DNA from: Perkinsus olseni
Lineage: Eukaryota
Length of the DNA: 64,000 bases
NCBI GenBank assembly: GCA_013115125.1
Contig: JABANN010000045.1
Span: forward strand, 1 to 64,000
Direction: 5' to 3'
Shown: positions 12,825-24,745 of the stretch, one piece after another
Layout of the letters: each line of letters starts with the position of its first letter
How positions within the stretch are numbered: position 1 is the first letter of the stretch
Notes under the pieces: generated by a model
Told to the model about the DNA's origin: nothing
What the model saw: the letters and a program-made list of their open reading frames with translations, nothing else
Databases searched by the model: none
Translations under genes and position numbers: made by a program

Positions 12825-13971
12825 TTAAGCTGATAGATGACATCGAGGCGTCTACTATGATCTCTGGATCGCCAAGTGATGACGTTTCAACCTATCGGCG
12901 TAATTCTAATCGCACGTTCAGTGGTTTTTGATAAGCTCGTCGGGAGACGATGTCTTATCGCTTGTTTGTCGTCGCTTCATTATGAAGGGTAGAGCAAACG
13001 TGTTGTGGCTGTATGTATGATGGCAGAATGTTCCATTCTCGGCATAGCCGTTATTTCGAACTGTAACTCCTGCCGTTATCCGATTAGGCTGTATTCTTTC
13101 GTTACTCCTCTGCTATTTTATATGATTTGAAGATATCGTCGCAACTGTTGTGGCTAACGCCTGGCTGCGTATAATTCACTTGGTGATTCCTCGTGAAGTA
13201 GTAGCACGGTCCACTTGGATCCGACAGTAGCCATTCTCGATACTACACGTCGGGAGGATATCACGTTATACAATTTATCGTTCTTCTTGGTGATGTTATT
13301 TCCCTTTAGTATTGTATTAACACCATTTAGTGTGCCTTTACCTGTGGGATTCGTCATCTGTGCTCAAGATAACTAAAATTGTCCTTACTATCTGTAGTTT
13401 CTATAATTTGCTGGATCGGTTCAGCTATACCGAGGTCGAAATCTCTTCAAGATTGACGCCTCGCGATCCCGAAAGCCGAGATGTCTCGGCCGCGCTTCAG
13501 TTGGGTCTGTTCGGCCATATACCGCTTCCTTATATTCCGCTTGGCGCGTGGAACACGTCGCTTACGCCGGAGATTAAGGGCGATGGTGAAAGGCTTTTGC
13601 GTCCTCTGTGAAGGTGACGGTGAAATCGTCGCCAGCAGACCCGTGGTTTCCATTCATCGGAGACCACCACTGCGCCCTGTCCACTGGACCCCAAGTTTCT
13701 AATTTTCGGTGTGTATATCGTCGTGTGTTGGGTTGACTTATTCTGCTAGCCGTGTTTTCCACAGACTAGAAGACGGGGGATGATTAACAGGTCTTTGTTT
13801 CACGTAGATCTTTCAATTCATAGATATCTATTGCCGTCATATCACGACTTGGTGAAACATGAGCGATGTTAGCGTCAGTGCCATAGCTGTGGAGTCTCGT
13901 TGGAGGAATTGGGTCTGTGTGGTTGACGTGGTTCCTGCTTCAGTTCCTGTTCACTTGTATTTCTGTTACTT

Positions 13972-15525
13972 ATGAAGTACGTCTGTGCTATACTTTCTGT
14001 TGGTGCGGTTCTTCTCGGGCCACTGATGTTCGGTCTCACATCTGGTTTCACTGGTCAGACTATTGATACCATGGGGAACAGCGTTACCACTGCTGATGGT
14101 ACCCCTATTCAGATCGGTGACTATGACCACTTGTGGGTCTTTCACAGCTCGAGCGAGTCTTCTTTGTTCGGATCTCTTGTGAACATCGGTGCCATGTTCG
14201 GTGCTTTCATCGGCGGTCCTCTCATCGACAGGTTCGGAAGGAAGTGGTGCCTTGTTGGCATCTCTCCCTGCTTCGTTCTCTGCTACCTCTGGCAGGCTTT
14301 GGCCCACACCTCGTGGCAGTTGCTGTTCGAGCGTGTTCTTGTTGGTATCGTTGTTGGTGTCGAGTCCGTGGCTGCCCCCACCTACATTGGTGAGGCTTCC
14401 CCCACCAAGATCCGTGGTATGCTCGGTGCTGCCAACCAGTTGGCTGTTACCATCGGTATCCTCGTCGCCTACGCTTTGGGTATGGCTTTCAGGACTCAGG
14501 CCAACTCTGTGGATCCCAACGCCGACAGTCAGACTTTCTGCAACTGGCGTGATGTTAGTTGGATCTACCTCATCCCTTCCGGCCTCCTCGGCGTCCTCGT
14601 GTTCTTTGTTCCCGAGTCGCCTCGTTGGCTCGCTGAGCATCGGGGATTGGACGCGGCCAAGAAGGTGTTGTTGAGACTCCACGGTACTGATGAGAACGAT
14701 GCGGATGTTGCTGTTGAGCTGAAGGCTTATGAGGTCACCGTTGAGGCTCAGAAGGCCAAATCGGGTATGACTCAGAAGCAGCGACTCAACGATGCGGTGT
14801 CCGGCCTCCGTAAGTACTGGATCCAGGTGGTCATCGGTGTGGTGCTGCAGATCTGCCAGCAGTTGTCTGGTATCAACGCAGTCATTTTCTATCAGACCAC
14901 TATCTTCCAGGCGGCTGGTATCAGCAACAAAGAAACCATGGCTCTCATTACCATGGTTGTCCAGGTCGTTGTTACTTTCATCGCTTGCTGCATCATGGAC
15001 CTTGCCGGCAGGAGAGTATTGCTGGTTGTTGGTGCTAGCGGCATGTGCATTTCTGCATGGATGTTGGGTCTCTTCTTCTACCTCCAGGATGTCAGTGGCG
15101 TGACCAACGTTGGCTGGTTGGCTCTGGCTTCAGCCTACTGCTACATTGCTTTCTTCTCTATCGGCGTCGGCGCGATCCCGTGGCTCATTATGTCCGAGAT
15201 TTTCCCCAACGAAGTTAGAGGCAACGCTGCTGCCATCGCTACTGCTGTCAACTGGCTCTTCTCCTTCATTGTCACCATGTGCTTGGATGCTTACAGACAG
15301 GCCATCACTTACCAGGGTGTCTTCTGGAGCTTCGGTTTCATCTGCTTGGTGATGATCTTCTTCGTCGTACTCTTCATCCCTGAGACTAAGGGTAAGTCAT
15401 TCGAGGAGATTGAGGCCGAGTTCGACAAGAAGTATCACAGAAAGCATGCTGCTAATGCCAAGGAGACCTCGCCGGCTTCCGTGGAAGAGGGTCCCCACAG
15501 CCCCACCACTACTGTGGAGGTCTAA
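13972..15525 (+). CDS. MFS sugar porter (hexose transporter), copy 2, intronless
   Basis: 517-aa ORF with the same sugar-porter motifs (DRFGRK, PESPRWL, QQLSGINA, PETKG). Confidence 0.97.
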   Translation: MKYVCAILSVGAVLLGPLMFGLTSGFTGQTIDTMGNSVTTADGTPIQIGDYDHLWVFHSSSESSLFGSLVNIGAMFGAFIGGPLIDRFGRKWCLVGISPCFVLCYLWQALAHTSWQLLFERVLVGIVVGVESVAAPTYIGEASPTKIRGMLGAANQLAVTIGILVAYALGMAFRTQANSVDPNADSQTFCNWRDVSWIYLIPSGLLGVLVFFVPESPRWLAEHRGLDAAKKVLLRLHGTDENDADVAVELKAYEVTVEAQKAKSGMTQKQRLNDAVSGLRKYWIQVVIGVVLQICQQLSGINAVIFYQTTIFQAAGISNKETMALITMVVQVVVTFIACCIMDLAGRRVLLVVGASGMCISAWMLGLFFYLQDVSGVTNVGWLALASAYCYIAFFSIGVGAIPWLIMSEIFPNEVRGNAAAIATAVNWLFSFIVTMCLDAYRQAITYQGVFWSFGFICLVMIFFVVLFIPETKGKSFEEIEAEFDKKYHRKHAANAKETSPASVEEGPHSPTTTVEV

Positions 15526-15967
15526 GTCGAGTGATAGATGACAGCTAAGCGTCTGTACTGCTCGGTACACAATCGGGCGATGGCGCTTGGGGCTGTCGTA
15601 GTGGCTCGGATCTTACGCTCCCTAGTAGTTTTATGAATAGCTCGTCCTGGATTGGCATCGATCGTTAAGTGGTGTTCTGTTGGTCTTGTGGACTTGAAGA
15701 CTCTATTGTAACTATATGTGGCAACAGACTGCTGCGCTTTAGGCGTAGCTGTTGTTCTCTATTACATCATTCTTATTACTTACTTTATACTCTCAGTAGC
15801 ACGGCCTTCCGTTGCTACCTCATTCATAACCCGCCAGTACTGTTACAACTTATGTAACTGATGCGCGGCCTGATCGAGAACTCGTCGTATCATCGTCATT
15901 CTGGCAGAAGCTGGTATTGCTGGTGTGTACTACGAGATCGTCGCTTTTACCAGCATACCTAGTAGGT

Positions 15968-16016
15968 ATCGAGTAACTGCTGCTGTAGGTATTACCTACA
16001 GCAGCAGTTACTCGAT
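15968..16016. repeat. 49-bp palindrome (24-bp perfect arms, 1-nt centre)
   Basis: atcgagtaactgctgctgtaggta-t-tacctacagcagcagttactcgat. Confidence 0.95.
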
Positions 16017-17221
16017 TCGAATCGCGTGCGATCTCATATCCACAATTGGCATTCTGGTCAGCGAGATGTAGGTCTGGTTACAAGCGTCGTTCGTCCCCTG
16101 ACGTATTGTATTTTATGATTATTCCATTCGGTTACTCAGTGTTCGGCGGATCACCTCAGAAGTCGAGGTCCCGCTAGTATCGCACATCAAAAGCTGTTCT
16201 TCCCTTCATGAGAATCGTCTTTCTATGCCAAGTACCGCTTCCTTGTCTTCCGTTCAACGCGTGGAACCAGCGTTACATAACTACGAAGATTAGGGTTGAT
16301 GGTAGAGGGTCACCTCAGTATTCCGTTGGTGATGAAGTCATTCTCTGCGAGGCGATCGACAGTGAACAGTAGAGACTGCGTCTCACCTTACTATGTTAAG
16401 TTTCTAGTACTGGATCTATACTAGGGCAAGTGTTGAGTTGAAAGTTGGTCACAAAGTACGGTGCACCGTAGTCTAATGTACGGTGTACATTACATTCCTG
16501 GTTAAATCCCGGAGACTAACTCTTCGGTACGGACTCCATCGTACAACATGCTCATATTTTATAATGGACAAGTAACCTTAGCACTTGTATCAGATAGCAG
16601 ATTCACTCAATATATCCTTCTCGGCACAGAGAAGGATTTCTCCGCCTGATAACGCTGAACGCGCCAAATTTCCTTCAACATATAGTCTGTCTAGGGTTCG
16701 GCCACGTCCGTTAGTGGTCCGACACGAACTTCGTCTGCCAAGTAGAAGCGTCAGGTTGCGTGACAAACTGTGATGTGCTTCCCACCTCGAGCTATGTATT
16801 GTGTCGAAGCTGTCTCTTTCGTCGCAGCCCGGGGCCGCGAAGACCCCTCTTTTGCGATCACAGAGGCCTGACTGTTCGGTGGTGGGGAGCTTAATCCGGT
16901 CTCGAATCTCTGCAACCTGTAGACAGGCTACAGTATCAGCTCGAGGAAGTGGTTGTCAGTGAGCTGAGCGTGAGCTCAGACGGACTGGGTAGAATTGGGC
17001 TCTAGCCTTCGCGTAGTAGCGTGAACGACGTCCACCCAAGGCCCAGAGCCCATCGCACTCGGTGATGGATAGAAAACCGTAGCGAATCTTCGCTAGGTGC
17101 CTAGGCTCTTATACATAAGAGTTTTTCGAGTTCGCGGTCTAACGTTAGGCTTTGAGCGAAGGACTTCTTAAGCAGGAATGGATTCAGTTCAGTTTCTTGT
17201 TATTAGTCTTTTCCTTGACTA

Positions 17222-18790
17222 ATGAAGTATATCTGTGCTGTGCTGTCTGTTGGCGCAGTGCTGTTGGGACCACTGATGTTCGGTCTCACAACTGGTTTCA
17301 CCGGTCAAACTATCGATACTATGGCCAACACGGTTACAACCGCTGATGGTACTCCTATTGAGATCGGGGATTATGACCACCTATGGGTGTTGCATGGTTC
17401 CAGCGAGTCCTCCTTGTTCGGATCTCTTGTGAACATCGGTGCCATGTTCGGTGCTTTCATCGGCGGTCCTCTCATTGACCAATTCGGAAGGAAGTGGTGC
17501 CTCGTTGGGTGTTCCCCTTGCTTCGTTCTCCTTTATCTGTGGCAGGCTTTGGCCCACACCTCGTGGCAGCTGCTGTTGGAGCGTATTATTGTTGGTATCG
17601 TTGTTGGTATCGAGTCCGTGGCCGCCCCCACCTACATCGGTGAGGCTTCCCCCACTAAGATCCGTGGTATGCTCGGTGCTGCTAACCAGTTGGCTTCTAC
17701 GATTGGCAATCTCATCGCCTACGCTTTGGGTATGGCTTTCAGGACTCAGGCCAACTCTGTGGATCCCAACGCTACTAGTCAGACTTTCTGCAACTGGCGT
17801 GATGTGAGTTGGATCTATCTTATCCCGTCGGGCCTATTGGGAATTCTCGTTTTCCTCGTTCCCGAGTCGCCTCGTTGGCTCGCTGAGCATCGTGGGTTGG
17901 ATGCGGCCAAGAAGGTGTTGTTGAGACTTCACGGTACTGATGAGAATGACCCGGATATCGTTGAGGAGCTGAGGGCTTATGAAGCCACGGTTGAGGCTCA
18001 GAAGGAGAAGGCTGGTTCGACGAGGAAGGAACGTTTCGACGATGCGATGGCCGGTCTCCGTAAGTACTGGATCCAGGTGGTCATCGGTGTGGTGCTGCAG
18101 ATCTGTCAGCAGCTGTCTGGTATTAACGCAGTCGTTTTCTACCAGACTACTATCTTCCAGGCGGCTGGTATTAGCAACAAGCAGATGATGGCCCTTGTTA
18201 CTATGATTATTCAAGTTGTCGTCACCTTCATCTCCTGCTGTATTATGGATCTCGCTGGTAGGAGATTCTTGCTGGTCTTTGCCGCCTCGGGTATGTGCAT
18301 TTCTGCATGGATGTTGGGTCTCTTCTTCTACCTGCAGGATGTCACCGGATTGACCAACGTTGGCTGGTTGGCCCTGGCTTCAGCCTACTGCTACATTGCG
18401 TTCTTCTCTATTGGTGTCGGTCCGATTCCGTGGCTTATTATGTCCGAGATTTTCCCCAACGATGTCAGAGGCAACGCTGCTGCTATCGCTACTGCTGTCA
18501 ACTGGCTGTTCGCATTCATTGTTACCATGTGCTTGGATGCTTACAGGCAGGCCATTACCTACCAGGGCGTCTTCTGGAGTTTCGGTTTCATCTGCTTGGT
18601 GATGATCTTCTTCGTTCTCTTCTTCATCCCTGAGACCAAGGGTAAATCCTTTGAGGAGATTGAGAATGAATTCGATAGCAAGTATCACAGGAAGCATGCC
18701 AAGAATAAGGAGCCCGCTGCCCCGAGAAGTGAGATATCCTCGACTCTCGAGGAGTCCTCTACTCCTGTGACCACAACCGCTGAGCCGTAG
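17222..18790 (+). CDS. MFS sugar porter (hexose transporter), copy 3, intronless
   Basis: 522-aa ORF with sugar-porter motifs. Confidence 0.97.
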   Translation: MKYICAVLSVGAVLLGPLMFGLTTGFTGQTIDTMANTVTTADGTPIEIGDYDHLWVLHGSSESSLFGSLVNIGAMFGAFIGGPLIDQFGRKWCLVGCSPCFVLLYLWQALAHTSWQLLLERIIVGIVVGIESVAAPTYIGEASPTKIRGMLGAANQLASTIGNLIAYALGMAFRTQANSVDPNATSQTFCNWRDVSWIYLIPSGLLGILVFLVPESPRWLAEHRGLDAAKKVLLRLHGTDENDPDIVEELRAYEATVEAQKEKAGSTRKERFDDAMAGLRKYWIQVVIGVVLQICQQLSGINAVVFYQTTIFQAAGISNKQMMALVTMIIQVVVTFISCCIMDLAGRRFLLVFAASGMCISAWMLGLFFYLQDVTGLTNVGWLALASAYCYIAFFSIGVGPIPWLIMSEIFPNDVRGNAAAIATAVNWLFAFIVTMCLDAYRQAITYQGVFWSFGFICLVMIFFVLFFIPETKGKSFEEIENEFDSKYHRKHAKNKEPAAPRSEISSTLEESSTPVTTTAEP

Positions 18791-20328
18791 TTCTCCCTTA
18801 TGCAAGAGAGGTGCTGCCCCTGTACGTGCTAAAGACCCTCAGTAGTAGATTACACTGCAGGTGTCAGCGAGACAAGTTTCTAATCTTATGCCCACACTAC
18901 GGTCGTTAAACTGCTGCACATTCTGATGCTCTTGATGCTGAAATGCAAATTCCTATCGTGATGGGTGAGTTGAAGACTCCATGCCCATCGTCTTCTGGGA
19001 GCTAGTAAAATTGTTTATGTTGGCCCGATTACCGATAAGCCCAAGATTACAGTGGCTATGCGCTAGGAAGTTCAAGTTGTATAAGACTCCTATCACCACT
19101 CATGCGGTGGTTCATGGTGTAGCTATAGCATGTTATTATGGATGAGTTCCTTTTGCTGCTTAATGCCCGAAGTGGCTGGCTGCGCCCTCTCTCCAGTGGC
19201 TAGTAATAGCAGCTGCGTTCTACTCGGATCTGATTAACCTTACTCAGTGTCGCAGTTCCTGCTTTGCGATGCTCGTTGTCACTTCACTGTATTGACGACG
19301 GATCAAGCATATTGAGTGATTTTGTCACCATGACTAGCCATTGTAGAATAATCCTATTCACATACTACTGCTGTACAAAATTTATAGCTGTTTCTCATAT
19401 CTGATCCGTTTATCCGGTCTGAGATCGCCCAGCAACTTCTTCCGTCTTTCTCTGCTCACGTCGCGTGTGCTCGCGGGCCTCGAGTTGTTAATCTGGATCG
19501 AGCCTCAGCCAATCTTTTTTTGTTCCAGCTTGTCGACACGGGGAGTAATTATCGCTGCTATCCGAGTCTTGTAGTTTTCTCGCGACACTTCTACTCGTTG
19601 CACCCACCGAACAGATCCGAGACCGATGCGGGTGATGAACGTCAATCAGTCCCTCCTGATTCCATTCGGAGGCATCGGGGAAGTGGAACGTCTCGATTCG
19701 ATGTGCTCTAGTTCATAGTCGGAGGTCGTTTCGAACCTAAGCTCCACTTTTACCCACCAGCTCAACTCGGAGATTCTTGGAGCGATTGTTGCGCGGATTC
19801 GTACAATTCAATCATCATCTGCCCTCATCTTGAGTGCTTTAGGAGCTTCTTGAGTTAGTGGTATGTTAAGCGATTGGTTCGACGTGGCAGTGAAGTCCTA
19901 GTTGCGCAAGGTGTATGCAAGTTACTAATCTGATAGCACCGTGGACAGCGAGCATGCTCACTAAATTCTTTCATTCTATGCGCCGATTGCCTGTTCACGT
20001 TCTCTTCCTGTACGTCACCTTTTCCTAAGGTGAGAGGAGACAGAGCGAACACAAGCTTAGCGATATTCCACGGGATGCGCACCCTTGTGTACATGTCTAG
20101 TCACGCTAAGAAGCGCGACTGCTAGCGTGCACACCTGAGGTTCATCCGAAGTGGCTTGTTTAGCGGAGGATGGACCAACGGGTGCTCTCTCGCGCAATAT
20201 CCGTTGAATTGCTCGGCGGCTTCGAAGTCGTGTGTCTCGTCGGCGGGTGGGCTTTGGAGGTGGTGTTCACCTCACGTACGAGTGTTTTTCAGTTTTTTTT
20301 ATAAAGTTACTTTAATACCCAAAGCCCT

Positions 20329-21966
20329 ATGAAGTATCTTTGTGCTATTATTTCCGTCGGAGCGTCCCTTTTTGGACCGTTGATGTTCGGTTTGACATCT
20401 GGTTTCACCGGTCAAACAATTGATACGATGCAGAATGGCGTCACGACTGGTGATGGTACACCAGTGGCAATTGGGCCTGATGACCATCTCTGGGTATTCA
20501 CCAATACTACTCAAGGTTCTCTGTTCGGTTCGTTGGTCAACCTTGGTGCTATGGGCGGTGCTATCCTGTTGGGTGGTCCTCTAATCGAGAGGTTCGGTAG
20601 GAAGTGGGTCTTGCTGGGATGCTCTCCTTGCTTCCTGCTCTGCTACGTATGGCAAGCTTTGGCTCATACCGCCTGGCAGCTCTTGTTCGAGCGTGTCCTC
20701 GTCGGTTTCGTCGTCGGTGTCGAGTCTGTCGTGACTCCGACGTATATTGGTGAGGTTTCTCCTACCAAGATTCGTGGTGCATTGGGTGCCTGTAACCAGC
20801 TGTCTATCACCATCGGTATTCTCATCGCCTACGCACTTGGTTTGGGATTCCGAACAGATTCCGGTTCAACTGATCCTAACGCTAACAGCCAGACTTTCTG
20901 CCAGTGGCGTGATGTGAGTTGGATCTATCTGATTCCGAGTGCCCTGCTGGGTATCTGCATGTTTTTCGTGCCCGAGTCCCCACGTTGGTTGGCCGAGCAT
21001 AATCGTGCTGATGCCGCTAGGAGGGTTTTGCTGAGACTTCGTGGCTCTAAGACAGTGGAGGAGGATCCAGAGATTATGGCAGAGGTCAAGGCTTACGAGT
21101 CCGAGGCAGAGGAGAATGCCAAGAACGCGAAGGACAACTGGAAAGAGACAGTCGTTTGGTCGTGGCATGCTCTGGGACGCGCCAAGACGCAGCTGTTTAT
21201 CGGTGTCATTCTGCAAGTTTTGCAGCAGTTATCTGGTATTAACGCTGTTATCTTCTATCAGACTACTATCTTCCAAGCTGCTGGCTTGAATAACAAAGAG
21301 ACCATGGCCCTTGCTGTTATGGCGGTGCAAGTCATTGTTACATTCATCGCTTGTTGTATTATGGATATGGCGGGAAGAAGATTCCTGCTCGTCTTGGGCG
21401 CAGTTGGTATGTGTATAGCCGCTATTCTTTTGGGTGTCTTCTTCTTTGAGCAAGGCATTGATGATAACAACATCCCTGCGTTGGCTCTTTTCGCTGCCTT
21501 CTTGTATATTGCCTCCTTCTCCATTGGTGTTGGTGCCATTCCGTGGCTGATCATGTCCGAAATCTTCCCCAATGATGTCAGAGGTCTCGCTAGCTCTATC
21601 GCTACTGCCGTCAACTGGTTCTTCTCCTGGATTGTCACCATGTTCTTGGATGATTACAGAAGGGCGATCACTTACCAGGGTGTCTTCTGGAGTTTCGCCT
21701 TCATGTGTTTCGTGTTGGCCGTCTTCGTCTTGGTATTTGTACCAGAGACCAAGGGCAGGTCATTCGAGACGATCCAGGCCTACTTCGATTCTGGTCGTAT
21801 CGTCAATTGCGAGTGTTGGGATAACTACAAGAGGAAGCACCAGAAGCCAGTGGATCATAGCGAGGACAAGCAGGTTCCTGAATCTTCAGTTGACCAGACG
21901 GAAGTGCAAGTATCTGTTAAGGGCTCACCCTCAGCCGATCAGAAAAAGTTGGATCAGGCTATATGA
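20329..21966 (+). CDS. MFS sugar porter (hexose transporter), copy 4, intronless
   Basis: 545-aa ORF; ERFGRK, PESPRWL, QQLSGINAVIFY, PETKG. Confidence 0.97.
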   Translation: MKYLCAIISVGASLFGPLMFGLTSGFTGQTIDTMQNGVTTGDGTPVAIGPDDHLWVFTNTTQGSLFGSLVNLGAMGGAILLGGPLIERFGRKWVLLGCSPCFLLCYVWQALAHTAWQLLFERVLVGFVVGVESVVTPTYIGEVSPTKIRGALGACNQLSITIGILIAYALGLGFRTDSGSTDPNANSQTFCQWRDVSWIYLIPSALLGICMFFVPESPRWLAEHNRADAARRVLLRLRGSKTVEEDPEIMAEVKAYESEAEENAKNAKDNWKETVVWSWHALGRAKTQLFIGVILQVLQQLSGINAVIFYQTTIFQAAGLNNKETMALAVMAVQVIVTFIACCIMDMAGRRFLLVLGAVGMCIAAILLGVFFFEQGIDDNNIPALALFAAFLYIASFSIGVGAIPWLIMSEIFPNDVRGLASSIATAVNWFFSWIVTMFLDDYRRAITYQGVFWSFAFMCFVLAVFVLVFVPETKGRSFETIQAYFDSGRIVNCECWDNYKRKHQKPVDHSEDKQVPESSVDQTEVQVSVKGSPSADQKKLDQAI

Positions 21967-23067
21967 GTTATTGCTGAATAACATTTGATGGTGCTTGGGT
22001 GATATAACCAAGTACCCATCTCTGTATGGTAGAATGCCCGGGTGGCAAATTATGCTCTACTTGGATTTCTCTTAATTTCTTTCGGTAGGTCGCACGTGCT
22101 GTGATGTACTTGTTGTTGTTGGTTTACGTCCTTGAAGCAACTCCTACCTTTGGGTTACCTAAGTTTATCTAAGTTTACTACATCTATAGCTCTTTTTCTT
22201 CGTTATTGCGGCGATCGAAACTTTATCGGTGCCAGCAACTGTTGTAGTTTTTGGTGCCTACTTTATACTGATTATATACTGGGACAATCTTTGTTTACTT
22301 CCCTCTCTTGTGGTTAGGCTGAATATTTCAAAAGTATATGGAGCATCGCTCGAGTCTAGAATTCACACTGAAAATGGTTGTCTTTGAGTTGTAAGGTGTC
22401 TTGGGTAAGGAGTGGTTATACTCGCCGCCACGGAAGTGAGATTAAAGAGAGGGGAGGGGTGCCCATGCGTGAACTCCGTGTCCTGTTCGAGGCTAGTTAG
22501 TCTCAAACTCGGGTATTGGACGTGGAGCGCTTTAGAGGGCTCTGGTTTGCTGGGGAGTCGCGGGAATTCCAATGCTATGGCTCTGCTTTCAAGCTTCTTG
22601 CGAATTCCTGGGGATCGAGAGATGAGATTGCTGTATTGTCCCGAATGCATTCGGGAGACCGGGAACAAGGGGCTCGAGTTTACTGAACTCAACACGTAGT
22701 GTTAACGGCCATCTCCGTTGAGGATAGCCACCAGGTATTATTGTAGTGTGTCTACGTCACGTAAATCACGTGTCTCAAAAGGCAGACTGAAAAGACCTCG
22801 GTGTTGAATCCTCTGTGCTTGGAGTCTCCTTGGCATCTGTCTATAACACAAAGAGAACACAATCCATCAGCCTTCCGCTGAGGCTAGCGCTAGTACACTC
22901 TTCTTTCTTGGCTTTAGTTTTGCTCGATATCGTTCGGGGACAGATGAGCGGAAGCGTTGGCGAATAGAGTAGCGACTGCTTTGTGCGATGCGGGGAATGA
23001 GTTGGGTACATTCCTCATACTATTTAATACTCTCAGTTTTTATCCACTAGTTTCATCGCTAAGGTTC

Positions 23068-24606
23068 ATGAGGTACCTCTGTGCAATACTCTCTGTTTCG
23101 GCTTCCCTATTGGGACCACTCATGTTCGGTCTGACTCTGGGTTTCACTGGCCAGACTATTGATACCATGCAGAATAACGTTACTACTTCTGATGGTACAC
23201 CTATTGAGATCGGTCCCGATGATAACTTGTACGTATTTGATACTTCAACCGAAGGCTCCTTGTTCGGTTCCCTGGTCAACCTGGGCGCCATGGGCGGTGC
23301 TATCCTGTTGGGTGGTCCTCTTATTGAGAAGTTCGGCAGGAAGTGGGTTCTTCTTGCTTGCTCACCTTGTTTCCTCCTGATCTACGTGTGGCAGGCTTTG
23401 GCTCACACCTCGTGGCAGTTGTTGTTTGCCCGTGTCCTAGTCGGCTTCGTCGTCGGCGTCGAGTCCGTCGTCGTTCCCACCTACATCGGTGAGGTTTCCC
23501 CCACGGCTATTCGTGGCGCTTTGGGAGCCTGCAATCAGCTCTCCATCACCATCGGTATCCTCCTTGCCTATGCCCTCGGACTGGCTTTCAGGACTGACGC
23601 CGGTTCTACCGATCCCAACGCTACTGACAGCACCTTCTGCCAGTGGCGTACGGTGAGTTGGATCTATCTGATTCCCAGTGCTCTGCTGGGTATCTGCATG
23701 TTCTTTGTGCCCGAGTCTCCTCGTTGGTTAGCTGAGCATAATCGTGCGGAGGCTGCCAAGAAAGTTTTGTTAAGACTTCGAGGTTCGAAGTCAGTTGAGG
23801 ACGATCCCGAGATCATGGAAGAGGTGAAGGCTTATGAAGTGTCAGCTGCTAACAACGAGAAGAATGCGAAGGATACTTGGAAGGAGAGTGCATCCTGGGC
23901 CGTCCACGCCCTTGGGCAATGCAAAATGCAGTTGTTCATTGGTATCGCACTGCAAGTCCTACAGCAGTTCTCTGGTATCAATGCTGTTATATTCTATCAG
24001 ACAACTATCTTCCAAGCTGCCGGTCTAGATAACAAGGAGGGTATGGCTCTTGCTGTCATGGCCGCTCAAGTGGTTGTAACTCTGATTGCCTGCATAATCA
24101 TGGATATGGCGGGAAGGAGGGTCCTACTGGTAGCTGGCGCTGCGGGTATGTGCATCGCGGCTATTCTGTTGGGCGTCTTCTTCTTTCTGGACGATGTCAA
24201 TGATAACAACGTCAGCTGGTTGGCTATTTTCTCCGCCTTCTTGTATATTGCTTCCTTCTCCATCGGTGTCGGTGCCATTCCATGGTTGATTATGGCTGAG
24301 ATCTTCCCCAACGAAGTGAGGGGTCTATCTGCGTCTATCGCCACTGCCGTCAACTGGTTCTGTTCCTGGATTGTCACCATGTTCTTGGATGACTACAGAG
24401 AGGCTATCACCTACCAGGGTGTCTTCTGGAGCTTCGCCGTCGTCTGTTTGGTTATGGTTGCCTTTGTTCTGGTCATTGTTCCAGAGACAAAGGGTAAGAC
24501 CTTCGAAGAGATTCAGGCCTACTTCAGTAGAAGGTATGGTGACAAGACCAGGACTGTGGACGCTGCCGTTAAGGTGGACGTTGAGAATGCTGCGGGTTTG
24601 CAGTGA
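23068..24606 (+). CDS. MFS sugar porter (hexose transporter), copy 5, intronless
   Basis: ORF from MRYLCA (paralog-aligned start); EKFGRK, QQFSGINAVIFY, PETKG. Confidence 0.97.
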   Translation: MRYLCAILSVSASLLGPLMFGLTLGFTGQTIDTMQNNVTTSDGTPIEIGPDDNLYVFDTSTEGSLFGSLVNLGAMGGAILLGGPLIEKFGRKWVLLACSPCFLLIYVWQALAHTSWQLLFARVLVGFVVGVESVVVPTYIGEVSPTAIRGALGACNQLSITIGILLAYALGLAFRTDAGSTDPNATDSTFCQWRTVSWIYLIPSALLGICMFFVPESPRWLAEHNRAEAAKKVLLRLRGSKSVEDDPEIMEEVKAYEVSAANNEKNAKDTWKESASWAVHALGQCKMQLFIGIALQVLQQFSGINAVIFYQTTIFQAAGLDNKEGMALAVMAAQVVVTLIACIIMDMAGRRVLLVAGAAGMCIAAILLGVFFFLDDVNDNNVSWLAIFSAFLYIASFSIGVGAIPWLIMAEIFPNEVRGLSASIATAVNWFCSWIVTMFLDDYREAITYQGVFWSFAVVCLVMVAFVLVIVPETKGKTFEEIQAYFSRRYGDKTRTVDAAVKVDVENAAGLQ

Positions 24607-24674
24607 GTCTAATGGACAGAGATCCTGTCGCTATAACATGAATCTACAATTTTTATTGAATGAGGGCCATCCTC

Positions 24675-24745
24675 TCTTCAATGTTTAATGACTGATCGTT
24701 CAGACAGTTCTTCAATGTTTAATAATAACTGATCGTTTAGACAGT
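24675..24745. repeat. Imperfect ~35-bp tandem duplication in the 3' flank of transporter copy 5
   Basis: tcttcaatgtttaatgactgatcgttcagacagt followed by tcttcaatgtttaataataactgatcgtttagacagt. Confidence 0.85.
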
